From an uncultured Candidatus Saccharibacteria bacterium (lineage in GTDB: Bacteria > Patescibacteriota > Minisyncoccia > Phycocordibacterales > UBA9973), in the NCBI GenBank assembly GCA_964484005.1, contig CAZADR010000003.1, positions 24,910-88,909 on the forward strand: 64,000 nt of DNA, in the 5' to 3' direction. The notes beneath the pieces are model-generated. The model was not told the DNA's origin. It made no database searches and saw nothing but the letters and a program-made list of their open reading frames with translations. The position numbers and the translations under genes were made by a program. Shown here in pieces: positions 1 through 8,048 of the stretch. Each line of letters begins with the position of its first letter. Positions within the stretch are counted from its first letter, which is position 1.

Positions 1-1
1 T

Positions 2-667
2 GGAATAACTAGAAAAATATTAGTTACTAAAACTTCAGAATGTCTCACTTGTAAAAGTTCTGGAGCTAAAGCTGGTTCTAAAATGGAAACTTGTAAACAT
101 TGCAACGGTCAAGGAAAAATTCATGAACAAAAGAGAACAATCTTTGGAACTATTGCCAACACAAAAATCTGCGAGGCTTGTATGGGTGCAGGTGAAGTGC
201 CAAAAGAAATTTGTGAAAAATGTAAAGGCAAAGGAGTGCTCCGCCGAGAAGAAGAAATATCTATTGTTATTCCAGCCGGTATCCGAGATGGTGAGATGAT
301 AAGAATGACTGGTCACGGTGAAGCAATTTTCAAAGGCACTGCCGGAGACTTGTATATCAAAATAAATGTTACTCCTCATCCTGTATTCAAGCGCGAAGGA
401 AGTGACTTGGTGATGAATTTAAATTTGAATCTTTCTGATGCATTACTCGGTACAAAATATCCTATAAAAACTTTAGACGGAGATATTGAAGTTACTATCC
501 CAGAAGGGGTTTCTATTAATGAAATATTAAGGGTGCGAGGTAAAGGTGTGCCAATGTCTAAAAATAAAAGAGGGGATTTGCTTATTAAGCTTCATATAAA
601 ACTTCCCGAAAAACTCTCTCGTAAATCCCGCGAACTCATCGAAGAACTCAAAAAAGAGGGAATATAA
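2..667 (+). CDS. dnaJ: Chaperone DnaJ, C-terminal part (5' end lies outside the window)
   Basis: The frame is open from nt 2. It encodes CxxCxGxG zinc-finger repeats (CLTCKSSG, CKHCNGQG, CEACMGAG, CEKCKGKG) followed by a DnaJ C-terminal domain. Confidence 0.85.
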   Translation, partial: GITRKILVTKTSECLTCKSSGAKAGSKMETCKHCNGQGKIHEQKRTIFGTIANTKICEACMGAGEVPKEICEKCKGKGVLRREEEISIVIPAGIRDGEMIRMTGHGEAIFKGTAGDLYIKINVTPHPVFKREGSDLVMNLNLNLSDALLGTKYPIKTLDGDIEVTIPEGVSINEILRVRGKGVPMSKNKRGDLLIKLHIKLPEKLSRKSRELIEELKKEGI

Positions 668-1257
668 TGGTATTGGAACAAACAATTGCATATGTCGCTA
701 TTTTTATTCAACTGATTGGAGTTTTTTTCTATATAAGGGGAATGTGGAGAGGCTCAACGAAACCCAACCGAGTGACCTGGATAATTTGGGCTCTTGCCCC
801 ACTTATAGGTTCTTGGCTTTCCTGGAAGGCGGGAGCGGGTTTGTCGGTGTTGCCAGTATTTATGGCTGGATTTAATCCGGTCTTAGTTCTTGTCGCATCT
901 TTTGTAATAAAAAATGGATATTGGCATATCACAAAATTTGATATTTATTGTGGAGTTCTTGCAGTTTTTGCATTAATTATTTGGGTTGTTACAAATAATT
1001 TTGCTATATCTATATTGTTTGCAATATTGAGTGACGGGCTGGCTGCTCTTCCAACGATTATTAAATCTTGGAAATATCCAGAAACTGAAACCCCTTCGGC
1101 TTATGTGGGTGGAGTCATCGCAAATATTTTAGGACTTTTAATTATTAAAAAATGGGTATTTTCTATATATTCATTAGGAGTTTACTTTATTTTAGTAAAC
1201 CTTGTGATAATTTTTTCTATATATCGCAAAAAGATTTTATTTTGGTATAATCAATAA
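667..1257 (+). CDS. Hypothetical polytopic membrane protein
   Basis: 196 aa, very hydrophobic, about 6 predicted TM helices. No family recognised. Confidence 0.5.
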   Translation: MVLEQTIAYVAIFIQLIGVFFYIRGMWRGSTKPNRVTWIIWALAPLIGSWLSWKAGAGLSVLPVFMAGFNPVLVLVASFVIKNGYWHITKFDIYCGVLAVFALIIWVVTNNFAISILFAILSDGLAALPTIIKSWKYPETETPSAYVGGVIANILGLLIIKKWVFSIYSLGVYFILVNLVIIFSIYRKKILFWYNQ

Positions 1258-1258
1258 C

Positions 1259-2107
1259 ATGCAAGAAGAAAACGAATTTGATAATTTTTTAGGAATACCA
1301 GAGATTTTACCAGAGGACTCAGATGTCCTCATTTTGCCTATTCCGCTAGAGCTCACTGTGAGCTATGGAAAAGGCACAAAAAACGGCCCAAAGGCAATAA
1401 TAGAAGCCTCAAAGCATGTGGAGCTATATGATCACGAGCTTGGTTATGAGGTAGACAGTAAGGTTAAAATAGCTACCTTGCCTGCAGTCGAAATTAATAC
1501 TGAAGTTCCAGAAGAGGCACAAAAAATCATTTCAAAAGCCATAGAACCATGGACAGAAAAATTTGTTTTAAGTCTAGGAGGAGAACACTCTATCACTCCA
1601 GCGCTCATAAGTGAATATCAAAAAAAATATTCTGATTTATCTATTTTGTATTTCGATGCACATACTGATATGAGAGAGGAATGGGGTGGAACAAAATGGT
1701 CTCATGCTTGTGCGGCACGAAGATGCCAAGAAGGGGGAATAAAAAATATAGTTTGGGTCGGCACCAGAAATACTGCATTATCTGAACAACAATACATAAA
1801 TACTGAACAGGTAAATTATGGAAATAAATACGATTTGAAAAAAATCTTGAGTCAGCTATCTCCAAATGTTTATATTTCTTTTGATATTGATTGTTTTGAT
1901 GTGTCTACTATGCCAGCTACGGGCACACCTGAGCCGGGAGGAATAAGTTGGTATCAAGCGATGGAAATATTTGAAGCTGTGACTAGGGAGAAAAATGTAG
2001 TTGGAGCAGATATCGCTGAATGCGCACCAATAGAAAAACTGCATGGGTATGATTTCTTGGTAGCTAAACTCGCTTTCAAACTAATTGGTTATAAATTTAG
2101 AAAATAG
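1259..2107 (+). CDS. speB: Arginase/agmatinase-family ureohydrolase
   Basis: Ureohydrolase motifs GGEHSIT, DAHTDMR and SFDIDCFD (Mn-binding Asp/His). Confidence 0.65.
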   Translation: MQEENEFDNFLGIPEILPEDSDVLILPIPLELTVSYGKGTKNGPKAIIEASKHVELYDHELGYEVDSKVKIATLPAVEINTEVPEEAQKIISKAIEPWTEKFVLSLGGEHSITPALISEYQKKYSDLSILYFDAHTDMREEWGGTKWSHACAARRCQEGGIKNIVWVGTRNTALSEQQYINTEQVNYGNKYDLKKILSQLSPNVYISFDIDCFDVSTMPATGTPEPGGISWYQAMEIFEAVTREKNVVGADIAECAPIEKLHGYDFLVAKLAFKLIGYKFRK

Positions 2108-2121
2108 AACTATTCCATCGT

Positions 2122-2152
2122 TTGACAAAGCTCTATATCCTTGTAATATAAA
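2122..2152 (+). promoter_or_regulatory. Sigma70-like promoter (TTGACA, 16-17 nt spacer, TAATAT) for the 2205-2642 cassette gene
   Basis: A consensus -35 TTGACA at 2122, then a 16-17 nt spacer and an A/T-rich -10. An AGGAG RBS lies 6 nt before the ATG at 2205. Confidence 0.5.
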
Positions 2153-2204
2153 CACGGGTTAGTTGTTTATATTAACCATTAATTTTCTCTAGAAAGGAGA
2201 AAAC

Positions 2205-2642
2205 ATGAAATTTGGTCTGATTGAAATGGATCGAACGATTCCTCCGACCTACCCCCTTTGGAAGAAAAGGTTGCTCCATCCTGAGCTCGAGTGTGCAGGC
2301 CCTGACGAGTACTACCTTTCGTCCGTTGGACTCTGGCTTCTTGAAGAGCAGAAGCAGAGAGAAGTCAAGGGAAACGTTGTTTTCAATTTCCTGGAAAGTG
2401 CTTCTTTGTTTAAGTCCTGCCTGAACTTGCAGGACGGACTTGCAATCCAGGGAAAGGGCATCATGCCTTTCCGGGAGCTTTTTGGTGGCATGGCTGTATT
2501 CCTCTGGGCCTCCGCCGTGGAGAGTCAGAACGAGCAGGATAGTGTCCCATACCTCTACGAGCAATGGGGTAAAGTTGAAATCGCCTGGCATTGGCTCGAT
2601 GATACCTGGGACCGCTGGCGCCCCGCGCTCATCTTCCAATAA
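2205..2642 (+). CDS. Hypothetical protein, 145 aa, Trp-rich; compositionally foreign (GC around 50%)
   Basis: Strong RBS (aaAGGAGaaaac-ATG), its own promoter and terminator, and codon usage unlike neighbouring genes. No recognisable domain. Confidence 0.6.
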   Translation: MKFGLIEMDRTIPPTYPLWKKRLLHPELECAGPDEYYLSSVGLWLLEEQKQREVKGNVVFNFLESASLFKSCLNLQDGLAIQGKGIMPFRELFGGMAVFLWASAVESQNEQDSVPYLYEQWGKVEIAWHWLDDTWDRWRPALIFQ

Positions 2643-2659
2643 TCTCAGCAGGCATCACA

Positions 2660-2708
2660 ATAGCCCCGAACGCAAAACATCGCGTTTGGGGCTATTTTAT
2701 ATTTTAGA
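2660..2708 (+). terminator. Rho-independent terminator
   Basis: About 14-bp stem (atagccccgaacgc/gcgtttggggctat), loop aaaacat, followed by ttttatatttt. Confidence 0.7.
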
Positions 2709-4064
2709 AATTTTTTGACCCTCTGGTGTGTCTTTTACTTCGTAGCCAAGAGAATTTATTTCACCTCGAAGTTCATCTGATTTTTTGAAATCTTTGTCAT
2801 TGCGAGCTTGTTCTCTTTCTGTAACTATTTTTTTTATATTTTCTGGTATTTCAATTTCTTTTATATTTTCAAAGCCAAGTCCTAACACTTTATCAAAGTC
2901 TAAAATTGTAGCCTTTTTATCTCCATCTGACATATTTTCATCTTTCATTACATCCCAAAGGAGAGCCAATGCTCGAGGGGTGTCTAAGTCGTCTTCTAGG
3001 TATTCCTTGAACTTATTTTGGTATTCCTGGTGGACTTGCCCTAGTGCACTCCCTAGGCCTAAATAAAGGCCATAAAGGCGTTTTAAGGCTGTTTCAGCAC
3101 CTTCTAATGCTTCCCAGACAAAGTTTACTCTGGTGCGGTAATTTGCCATTAAAAGCCAAAATCTATAGGCTAGGGGATTTATTCCTTTTTCTATTAAGTC
3201 TCTCAAAGTAAAAAAATTATTGAAAGATTTTGCCATCTTTTTTTGGTCCACCAAGACCCACTCATTGTGCATCCAATATTTTACAAATTGTTTACCTGTC
3301 GCTCCTTCGGATTGAGCTATTTCATTTTCGTGATGGGGGAAGATATTGTCTACACCACCAGTGTGTAGGTCTATCTGTTCTCCCAAGTTTTTCATAGACA
3401 TAGCCGAGCATTCTATATGCCAGCCGGGTCGGCCTTTACCTAGACTGGTCTCCCAGAAGACATCTCCATCTTTTTCATCCCAAGATTTCCAAAGAGCAAA
3501 ATCTTGAGCGTTGTCTTTTTCGTATTCATCTGTTTTTATTCGGCCAGAAGCATTTTCTTTTTGTTCTTCTAGTACAAGGTGAGAAAGCTCGCCATAATTT
3601 TTAAATTTTTTTATATCAAAATACACACTGCCATCGGGGCTCTTGTAAGCAAGTTCTTTTTCTAAAAGTGTATTTATAATTTTTACCATCTCATCTACAT
3701 AGTCAGTGGCTTTGGTAAATTTTGTTGGTTCTAAGATGTTTAGAGTTTTAATATCTTTGAAAAATTCTGCAGTATAAAACTCTGTAAACTCCTTTAAGCT
3801 TTTGCCTTCTTTTTGAGAGTCACGAATAGTCTTGTCATCTATGTCGGTGATATTCATGATGTGTTTTACTTTATATCCGCTGTAAGTGAGCACACGCTTT
3901 AAAATATCTGCAAAAATATATGCTCTGTAATTTCCGATATGAGGATAATTGTAAACAGTGGGCCCACAAGAATAAAAAGTTACATGTGGAGGATTTATGG
4001 GGGTAAAAGTTTCTTTTGTTCTAGTTAAGGTGTTATAGACTTGCATTTTGTTTAAAGAATTCAT
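2697..4064 (-). CDS. cysS: Cysteine--tRNA ligase
   Basis: HIGN motif (HIGNYRAY) and KMAKS (KMSKS-like). Class I aaRS architecture. The true start may be the internal Met MQVYNTL at about 4046. Confidence 0.9.
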   Translation of the reverse strand: MNSLNKMQVYNTLTRTKETFTPINPPHVTFYSCGPTVYNYPHIGNYRAYIFADILKRVLTYSGYKVKHIMNITDIDDKTIRDSQKEGKSLKEFTEFYTAEFFKDIKTLNILEPTKFTKATDYVDEMVKIINTLLEKELAYKSPDGSVYFDIKKFKNYGELSHLVLEEQKENASGRIKTDEYEKDNAQDFALWKSWDEKDGDVFWETSLGKGRPGWHIECSAMSMKNLGEQIDLHTGGVDNIFPHHENEIAQSEGATGKQFVKYWMHNEWVLVDQKKMAKSFNNFFTLRDLIEKGINPLAYRFWLLMANYRTRVNFVWEALEGAETALKRLYGLYLGLGSALGQVHQEYQNKFKEYLEDDLDTPRALALLWDVMKDENMSDGDKKATILDFDKVLGLGFENIKEIEIPENIKKIVTEREQARNDKDFKKSDELRGEINSLGYEVKDTPEGQKISKI

Positions 4065-5058
4065 TTCGGTATATTGAAATTAGGGTATAGAGCAAGCTGA
4101 CAGTGAGTGGGCCAATCAAGATACCAACAGGGCCCATAAGGGAAATACCTCCGAGTACTGAGAATAGAATAATGATAGAAGGCAGGTGTATCTTTTTGCC
4201 TACAATGAGTGGGCTTAAAAAATTATCTATCATTCCTACAGCAATTACAGACCAAATTATAAGACCGATAGAAGCAGCAGTACTGCCTGTCGCAAAAAGG
4301 AAGATTACAGCAGGGATTGAAACCAAGGCAGTTCCAATCATTGGAAGCAGAGAAGACACAGCAGCTACCACACCCCACAATGCGGGATTTGGTACATTAA
4401 AAATGGAGAGACCGACTCCCATGACTATGCCCTGTACAAGGGCGACAAACATGTATCCTTTTATTACAGCATTTACAGAAGAGGCCAATCTGGAAATAAT
4501 TCTCTCATCTTCTTTGTCTTGTAGGGGAGAGATTAAAACTATGGCTTTTTTCCATCTCGCTCCATCTTTTAAAAGATAAAAGATTATTAGAAGCATTAGT
4601 AAGAATGAAAAGAAGGCGGATACAGTGGAGCTAAAAATATTTGCGATATTCTTTGATAAGTAGGAGATAAATTCTGTGGTTCTTTGGTTTATATCAAAGT
4701 TGATAATTTCTGGTAGGAGATTATTGATTTTATTTTCAATAGAATATAGAAAAGGCTCTGCACTACCTTCGCTTACTACTGCTCTGTATACATCTTGGCT
4801 TTGATTAAAAACAATTGCCCCGATACCTAAAAGTGGTCCGCACAAGAGTAAAATAAAGAGAAGGAGTGTCACTAGGGCGGAGAGCCATTCGGGTAATTTT
4901 CTATTATTTAGCCAAGCATATACAGGATGGAGCACTATAGCAAAAGATATTCCTAAAATAAGAACAATCCAGAAAGGTTGGAAAATAAAAAAAGTAAAAA
5001 TTAAAGTAGCCAATAATAGCCCAAAGAAAAAATATTTCTCTATAATTTTTGGTTGCAT
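4033..5058 (-). CDS. AI-2E family transporter (UPF0118/PerM-like permease)
   Basis: 341 aa, 8 TM topology with the characteristic layout of this family. Confidence 0.7.
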   Translation of the reverse strand: MQPKIIEKYFFFGLLLATLIFTFFIFQPFWIVLILGISFAIVLHPVYAWLNNRKLPEWLSALVTLLLFILLLCGPLLGIGAIVFNQSQDVYRAVVSEGSAEPFLYSIENKINNLLPEIINFDINQRTTEFISYLSKNIANIFSSTVSAFFSFLLMLLIIFYLLKDGARWKKAIVLISPLQDKEDERIISRLASSVNAVIKGYMFVALVQGIVMGVGLSIFNVPNPALWGVVAAVSSLLPMIGTALVSIPAVIFLFATGSTAASIGLIIWSVIAVGMIDNFLSPLIVGKKIHLPSIIILFSVLGGISLMGPVGILIGPLTVSLLYTLISIYRNEFFKQNASL

Positions 5059-5152
5059 ATGGGCATAATTATAGCAGAATTAATGCGGGAGACCAAGTCT
5101 TTTTGGTCCTAGGGTTGCTTTTTTGAGAAATATCATATAATATAAGCCAAGT

Positions 5153-5488
5153 ATGACTAAAACGAAGAAAGATGAATTTGCAGTAATATTTACAGGCGGA
5201 AAGCAATACAAAGTCTCCGAGGGAGGCCTTGTTTCTATTGAGAAAATAAAGGGTGAATACAAAAAAGGGGACAAGTTGTCTTTTGATAAAGTTCTCTTGG
5301 TAGATGACGGCAAAGACACCACAATCGGTACACCTTATATAAAAGGAGCAAAAGTGGATGCTGAAATAGTAGAAATTGGCCGTGCTCGAAAAATATTAGT
5401 TGTAAAATACAAACAAAAATCCCGTTACCTCCGCCGAAACGGCCACCGCCAACCTTTCTTCAAAGTAAAAATAACTTCTATAAAATAA
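5153..5488 (+). CDS. rplU: 50S ribosomal protein L21
   Basis: 111 aa with typical L21 sequence (FAVIFTGGKQYKVSEG...VLLVDDG). Confidence 0.9.
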   Translation: MTKTKKDEFAVIFTGGKQYKVSEGGLVSIEKIKGEYKKGDKLSFDKVLLVDDGKDTTIGTPYIKGAKVDAEIVEIGRARKILVVKYKQKSRYLRRNGHRQPFFKVKITSIK

Positions 5489-5489
5489 A

Positions 5490-5526
5490 TTAAAAAGCCC
5501 CGCAATAAGCACGGGGCTTTTTGTTG
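5490..5526. terminator. Bidirectional rho-independent terminator between rplU and the 5551-5784 gene
   Basis: Hairpin aaagccccg-caataag-cacggggcttt with T-runs on both sides. Confidence 0.7.
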
Positions 5527-5550
5527 CGGGGCGAGATCGATGATCCGGCT

Positions 5551-5784
5551 CTATCTTGGCACGATGTTTCTTGCCCAGAGCTTGCCGTTGTACTTGCACT
5601 TGCTCGGCACGAAGAATACGTCACGGGTCGAGCAAGTTGCGTTGTAGTCGAAGCACATGTCATACAACACACTGGCCTCGTCGTCCTTGACTCGGTAGGT
5701 ATTGCCGTCGTTGGCAATGATTTCCATTACGAACTTGCTTGCGGTGAACTTGCGAAGAACCAGGTCCCCAGTTAACTGACACAT
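5551..5784 (-). CDS. Hypothetical small protein, 77 aa, 4 Cys; compositionally foreign (higher GC)
   Basis: A perfect AGGAGG RBS lies 7 nt upstream of the ATG. The promoter is consensus TTGACA/TATAAT. A terminator follows downstream. No recognisable domain. Confidence 0.6.
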   Translation of the reverse strand: MCQLTGDLVLRKFTASKFVMEIIANDGNTYRVKDDEASVLYDMCFDYNATCSTRDVFFVPSKCKYNGKLWARNIVPR

Positions 5785-5793
5785 TTAAAGACC

Positions 5794-5835
5794 CCTCCTA
5801 ATACACATTATACACCTTTAAGAATATTTTGTCAA
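5794..5835 (-). promoter_or_regulatory. Consensus sigma70 promoter (TTGACA, 16-17 nt spacer, TATAAT) plus AGGAGG RBS of the 5551-5784 gene
   Basis: On the minus strand: TTGACAaaatattctaaaggtgTATAATgtgtattAGGAGGggtctttaaATG. An 8-4-8 palindrome aaatagac-tatt-gtctattt lies just upstream at 5833-5852. Confidence 0.6.
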
Positions 5836-5840
5836 ATAGA

Positions 5841-6452
5841 CTATTGTCTATTTTTGAGAGCGTTTTTGAGAGTGTCGTTGTCTGAATATTCGAGTTCGGT
5901 GCCAGTGGAGAGGCCTTTGCCTAGAGAGGACACTTTTATATTTAATTTTTCTGCAGTGTTTGCGATTTGTTCTCGGACATAAGAATCTGTGTGGTCGCCT
6001 TGGGGACTAATAGAAAAAGCTAAGATAATCTCTTTTAAATCCGCACTCTTTTCAATCCTTTGTTTTAATTCTTCAATACGTACTCGGCTCTTGGTATTTT
6101 TCTCTACTATTGGTACTAGTCCACCCAAAATAAAATATTTTCCATGATAGACTCCGCTCTTGTTTATACTTTCTAAATCAGAATCTTTTTCTACTATCAA
6201 CAAAAGGGAAGAGTCGGTATTTGGACTGCCACAAATCTCACAAATATCTTTTTTGGTTTTACTACCGAGGAAAAATTTATAGCACTCTTTGCATTGAGAA
6301 ACTTCCTTTTTTAATTCTAAGACTAGCTTGGATAAATTGTTGGCATATTCTCCATTTCTAAAAATTAAAAAATAAACAAAACGCTTGGCTTGCCTTTCAC
6401 CAATACCAGGGAATTCTTTAAAAACTTCAGTTAATTTTTCGATAATGTCCAT
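5841..6452 (-). CDS. recR: Recombination protein RecR
   Basis: C4 zinc finger (CKECYKF...CEICGSP) followed by a Toprim domain. 203 aa. Confidence 0.9.
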   Translation of the reverse strand: MDIIEKLTEVFKEFPGIGERQAKRFVYFLIFRNGEYANNLSKLVLELKKEVSQCKECYKFFLGSKTKKDICEICGSPNTDSSLLLIVEKDSDLESINKSGVYHGKYFILGGLVPIVEKNTKSRVRIEELKQRIEKSADLKEIILAFSISPQGDHTDSYVREQIANTAEKLNIKVSSLGKGLSTGTELEYSDNDTLKNALKNRQ

Positions 6453-6459
6453 GTGTTAT

Positions 6460-6571
6460 GAATTCTAAAGTAGCTTCTCTCGAAAAGCAATCTATCTGGC
6501 GCTGTTGCGCCAGCGAACTGCTCGCGCCGTCGCGCTGTGCAAGGCTTTTCTCAAGAACTACTCTAGAATTC
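6460..6571. repeat. GC-rich structured element of about 110 bp, bounded by 14-bp terminal inverted repeats (gaattctaaagtag / ctactctagaattc)
   Basis: Outer inverted repeat matches 13/14. Inner inverted repeat (cttctctcgaaaagc / gcttttctcaagaa) matches 11/14. The GC-rich core has two hairpins (ctggcgc-tgtt-gcgccag and cagcg...cgctg). It overlaps the dnaB stop codon. Confidence 0.45.
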
Positions 6572-7957
6572 GTCAAGATCACCACCAATTTTTGATGGAG
6601 CAAATTCGCTGATGTTGCTCTTTTCAAGGTTCAAGAAGGTGGTGGTTTTTTCGTCGAAGTAGAGCTCTACTTTTCCGGTTGGACCATTGCGGTGTTTTTC
6701 AACTAAAATTTCAGCAATGTTTGTCTTTTCAGATTCATCTTTACCTTTATCTTCGCGGTGGATAAACATTACGACATCGGCGTCTTGTTCGATAGAACCA
6801 GAGTCTCGAAGGTCTGAAAGGCGAGGCTTGCCACCACGAGATTCCACAGCACGAGAAAGCTGAGAAAGAGCCAACACAGGCACATCTAGTTCTTTGGCGA
6901 GACTCTTTAGAGATCTTGAAATTTCAGTGACTTGGTTTACCATAGAATCATAATTTTTTGAAGTTGTCATGAGCTGTAAGTAGTCGACGACGATAAGGTC
7001 TAGTCCTTTTTCGGCTTTTATTCTACGAGACAAAGCTTTCATTCTTACTATAGAGTTTCCTGGAGTATCATCGATAAAGATTTGTGCCTTAGCAAGCTTG
7101 TCTAAAGAATCTCGAAGTTGTGAAAATTCTCTGTCTGAAGACAAGCGTCCGGTGCGCAAGTTCCAAGCATTGACTCTGGATTCTGCAGAGAGCATGCGGT
7201 CTACGAGTTGTTGAGAAGACATTTCTAGCGAGAATATTAAAATGGATTTTTCGTGTATTACTCCTGCCATACGGGCTACATCGAGGGCCAGAGTGGTTTT
7301 ACCCATCGAAGGTCTAGCAGCCAAAATAATAAGATCTGATTTTTGGAAACCTGAAAGCATTGTGTCTAGTTCTTTAAATCCACTAGGAAGACCGCGAAGC
7401 ATTCCTTTATTCTCGTGCAGTTTTTCCATTCGCTCATAAGCTTCAGGTAAGGCGTCTTTTAAATTTACATATTTTTGATTTTTAGGAGAGGATACAACGT
7501 GAAAGATTTTTTTCTCTGCCAAGTCTAAGATATCATCCATGTGGTCATCTCCTTCTTCAAAAGCAAGCTCGGAGACATAATCGGCTGCTTCAATCAAACT
7601 TCGGAGGACATATTTTTTTTGGACAATATCGGCGTAGTGTTTTACGTTTGTAGAAGAGGGAACGACATTTACAATCTCGGCGAGATATTGATTGCCACCA
7701 ATAGCTTCCAGTAATTTTTGTTCACTTAGTTTTGTAGAAAGGGAGAGCATATCTATCGGTTCATTCTTTACTGAAAGGTCGAGCATGGCACTGAAAATCA
7801 TTTTGTGTTTTTCAACATAGAAAGATTCAGCAGTCACCATATCCTCGACTTCATGCATCGCTTCTTTTCGGAGCATAATAGAACCAAGAACTGCTTGTTC
7901 GGATGGTATGCTTTGTGGAGGAATTCGAAGATTATTATTTTTTGCTATTTTTACCAT
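6563..7957 (-). CDS. dnaB: Replicative DNA helicase DnaB
   Basis: DnaB N-terminal domain. Walker A ARPSMGKTTLAL. RecA-like C-terminal domain. 464 aa. Confidence 0.92.
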   Translation of the reverse strand: MVKIAKNNNLRIPPQSIPSEQAVLGSIMLRKEAMHEVEDMVTAESFYVEKHKMIFSAMLDLSVKNEPIDMLSLSTKLSEQKLLEAIGGNQYLAEIVNVVPSSTNVKHYADIVQKKYVLRSLIEAADYVSELAFEEGDDHMDDILDLAEKKIFHVVSSPKNQKYVNLKDALPEAYERMEKLHENKGMLRGLPSGFKELDTMLSGFQKSDLIILAARPSMGKTTLALDVARMAGVIHEKSILIFSLEMSSQQLVDRMLSAESRVNAWNLRTGRLSSDREFSQLRDSLDKLAKAQIFIDDTPGNSIVRMKALSRRIKAEKGLDLIVVDYLQLMTTSKNYDSMVNQVTEISRSLKSLAKELDVPVLALSQLSRAVESRGGKPRLSDLRDSGSIEQDADVVMFIHREDKGKDESEKTNIAEILVEKHRNGPTGKVELYFDEKTTTFLNLEKSNISEFAPSKIGGDLDEF

Positions 7958-8048
7958 GAAGCCATTCTATCACGATAGAAAAATTGTCAAAGTGATAAAG
8001 TTGGTAAAGATGTTATTAAAATGTGAACAAATATGATAATATTTAAGT

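Noticed and set aside
2172-2639. 155-aa minus-strand ORF antisense to the 2205-2642 gene
   Set aside because: It has no RBS or promoter, and it ends inside the plus-strand promoter/SD region. The plus-strand ORF has a complete set of expression signals, so the antisense frame is most likely a by-product of GC-rich sequence.
5521-5775. 84-aa plus-strand ORF overlapping the 5551-5784 cassette gene
   Set aside because: It starts inside the rplU terminator hairpin and has no RBS. The minus-strand frame carries the consensus promoter and AGGAGG.
6427-6627. 66-aa minus-strand ORF spanning the recR-dnaB intergenic element
   Set aside because: It overlaps the dnaB 3' end and the GC-rich palindromic element. 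It has a low-complexity Ala/Ser/Gln composition typical of a spurious ORF in GC-rich DNA.
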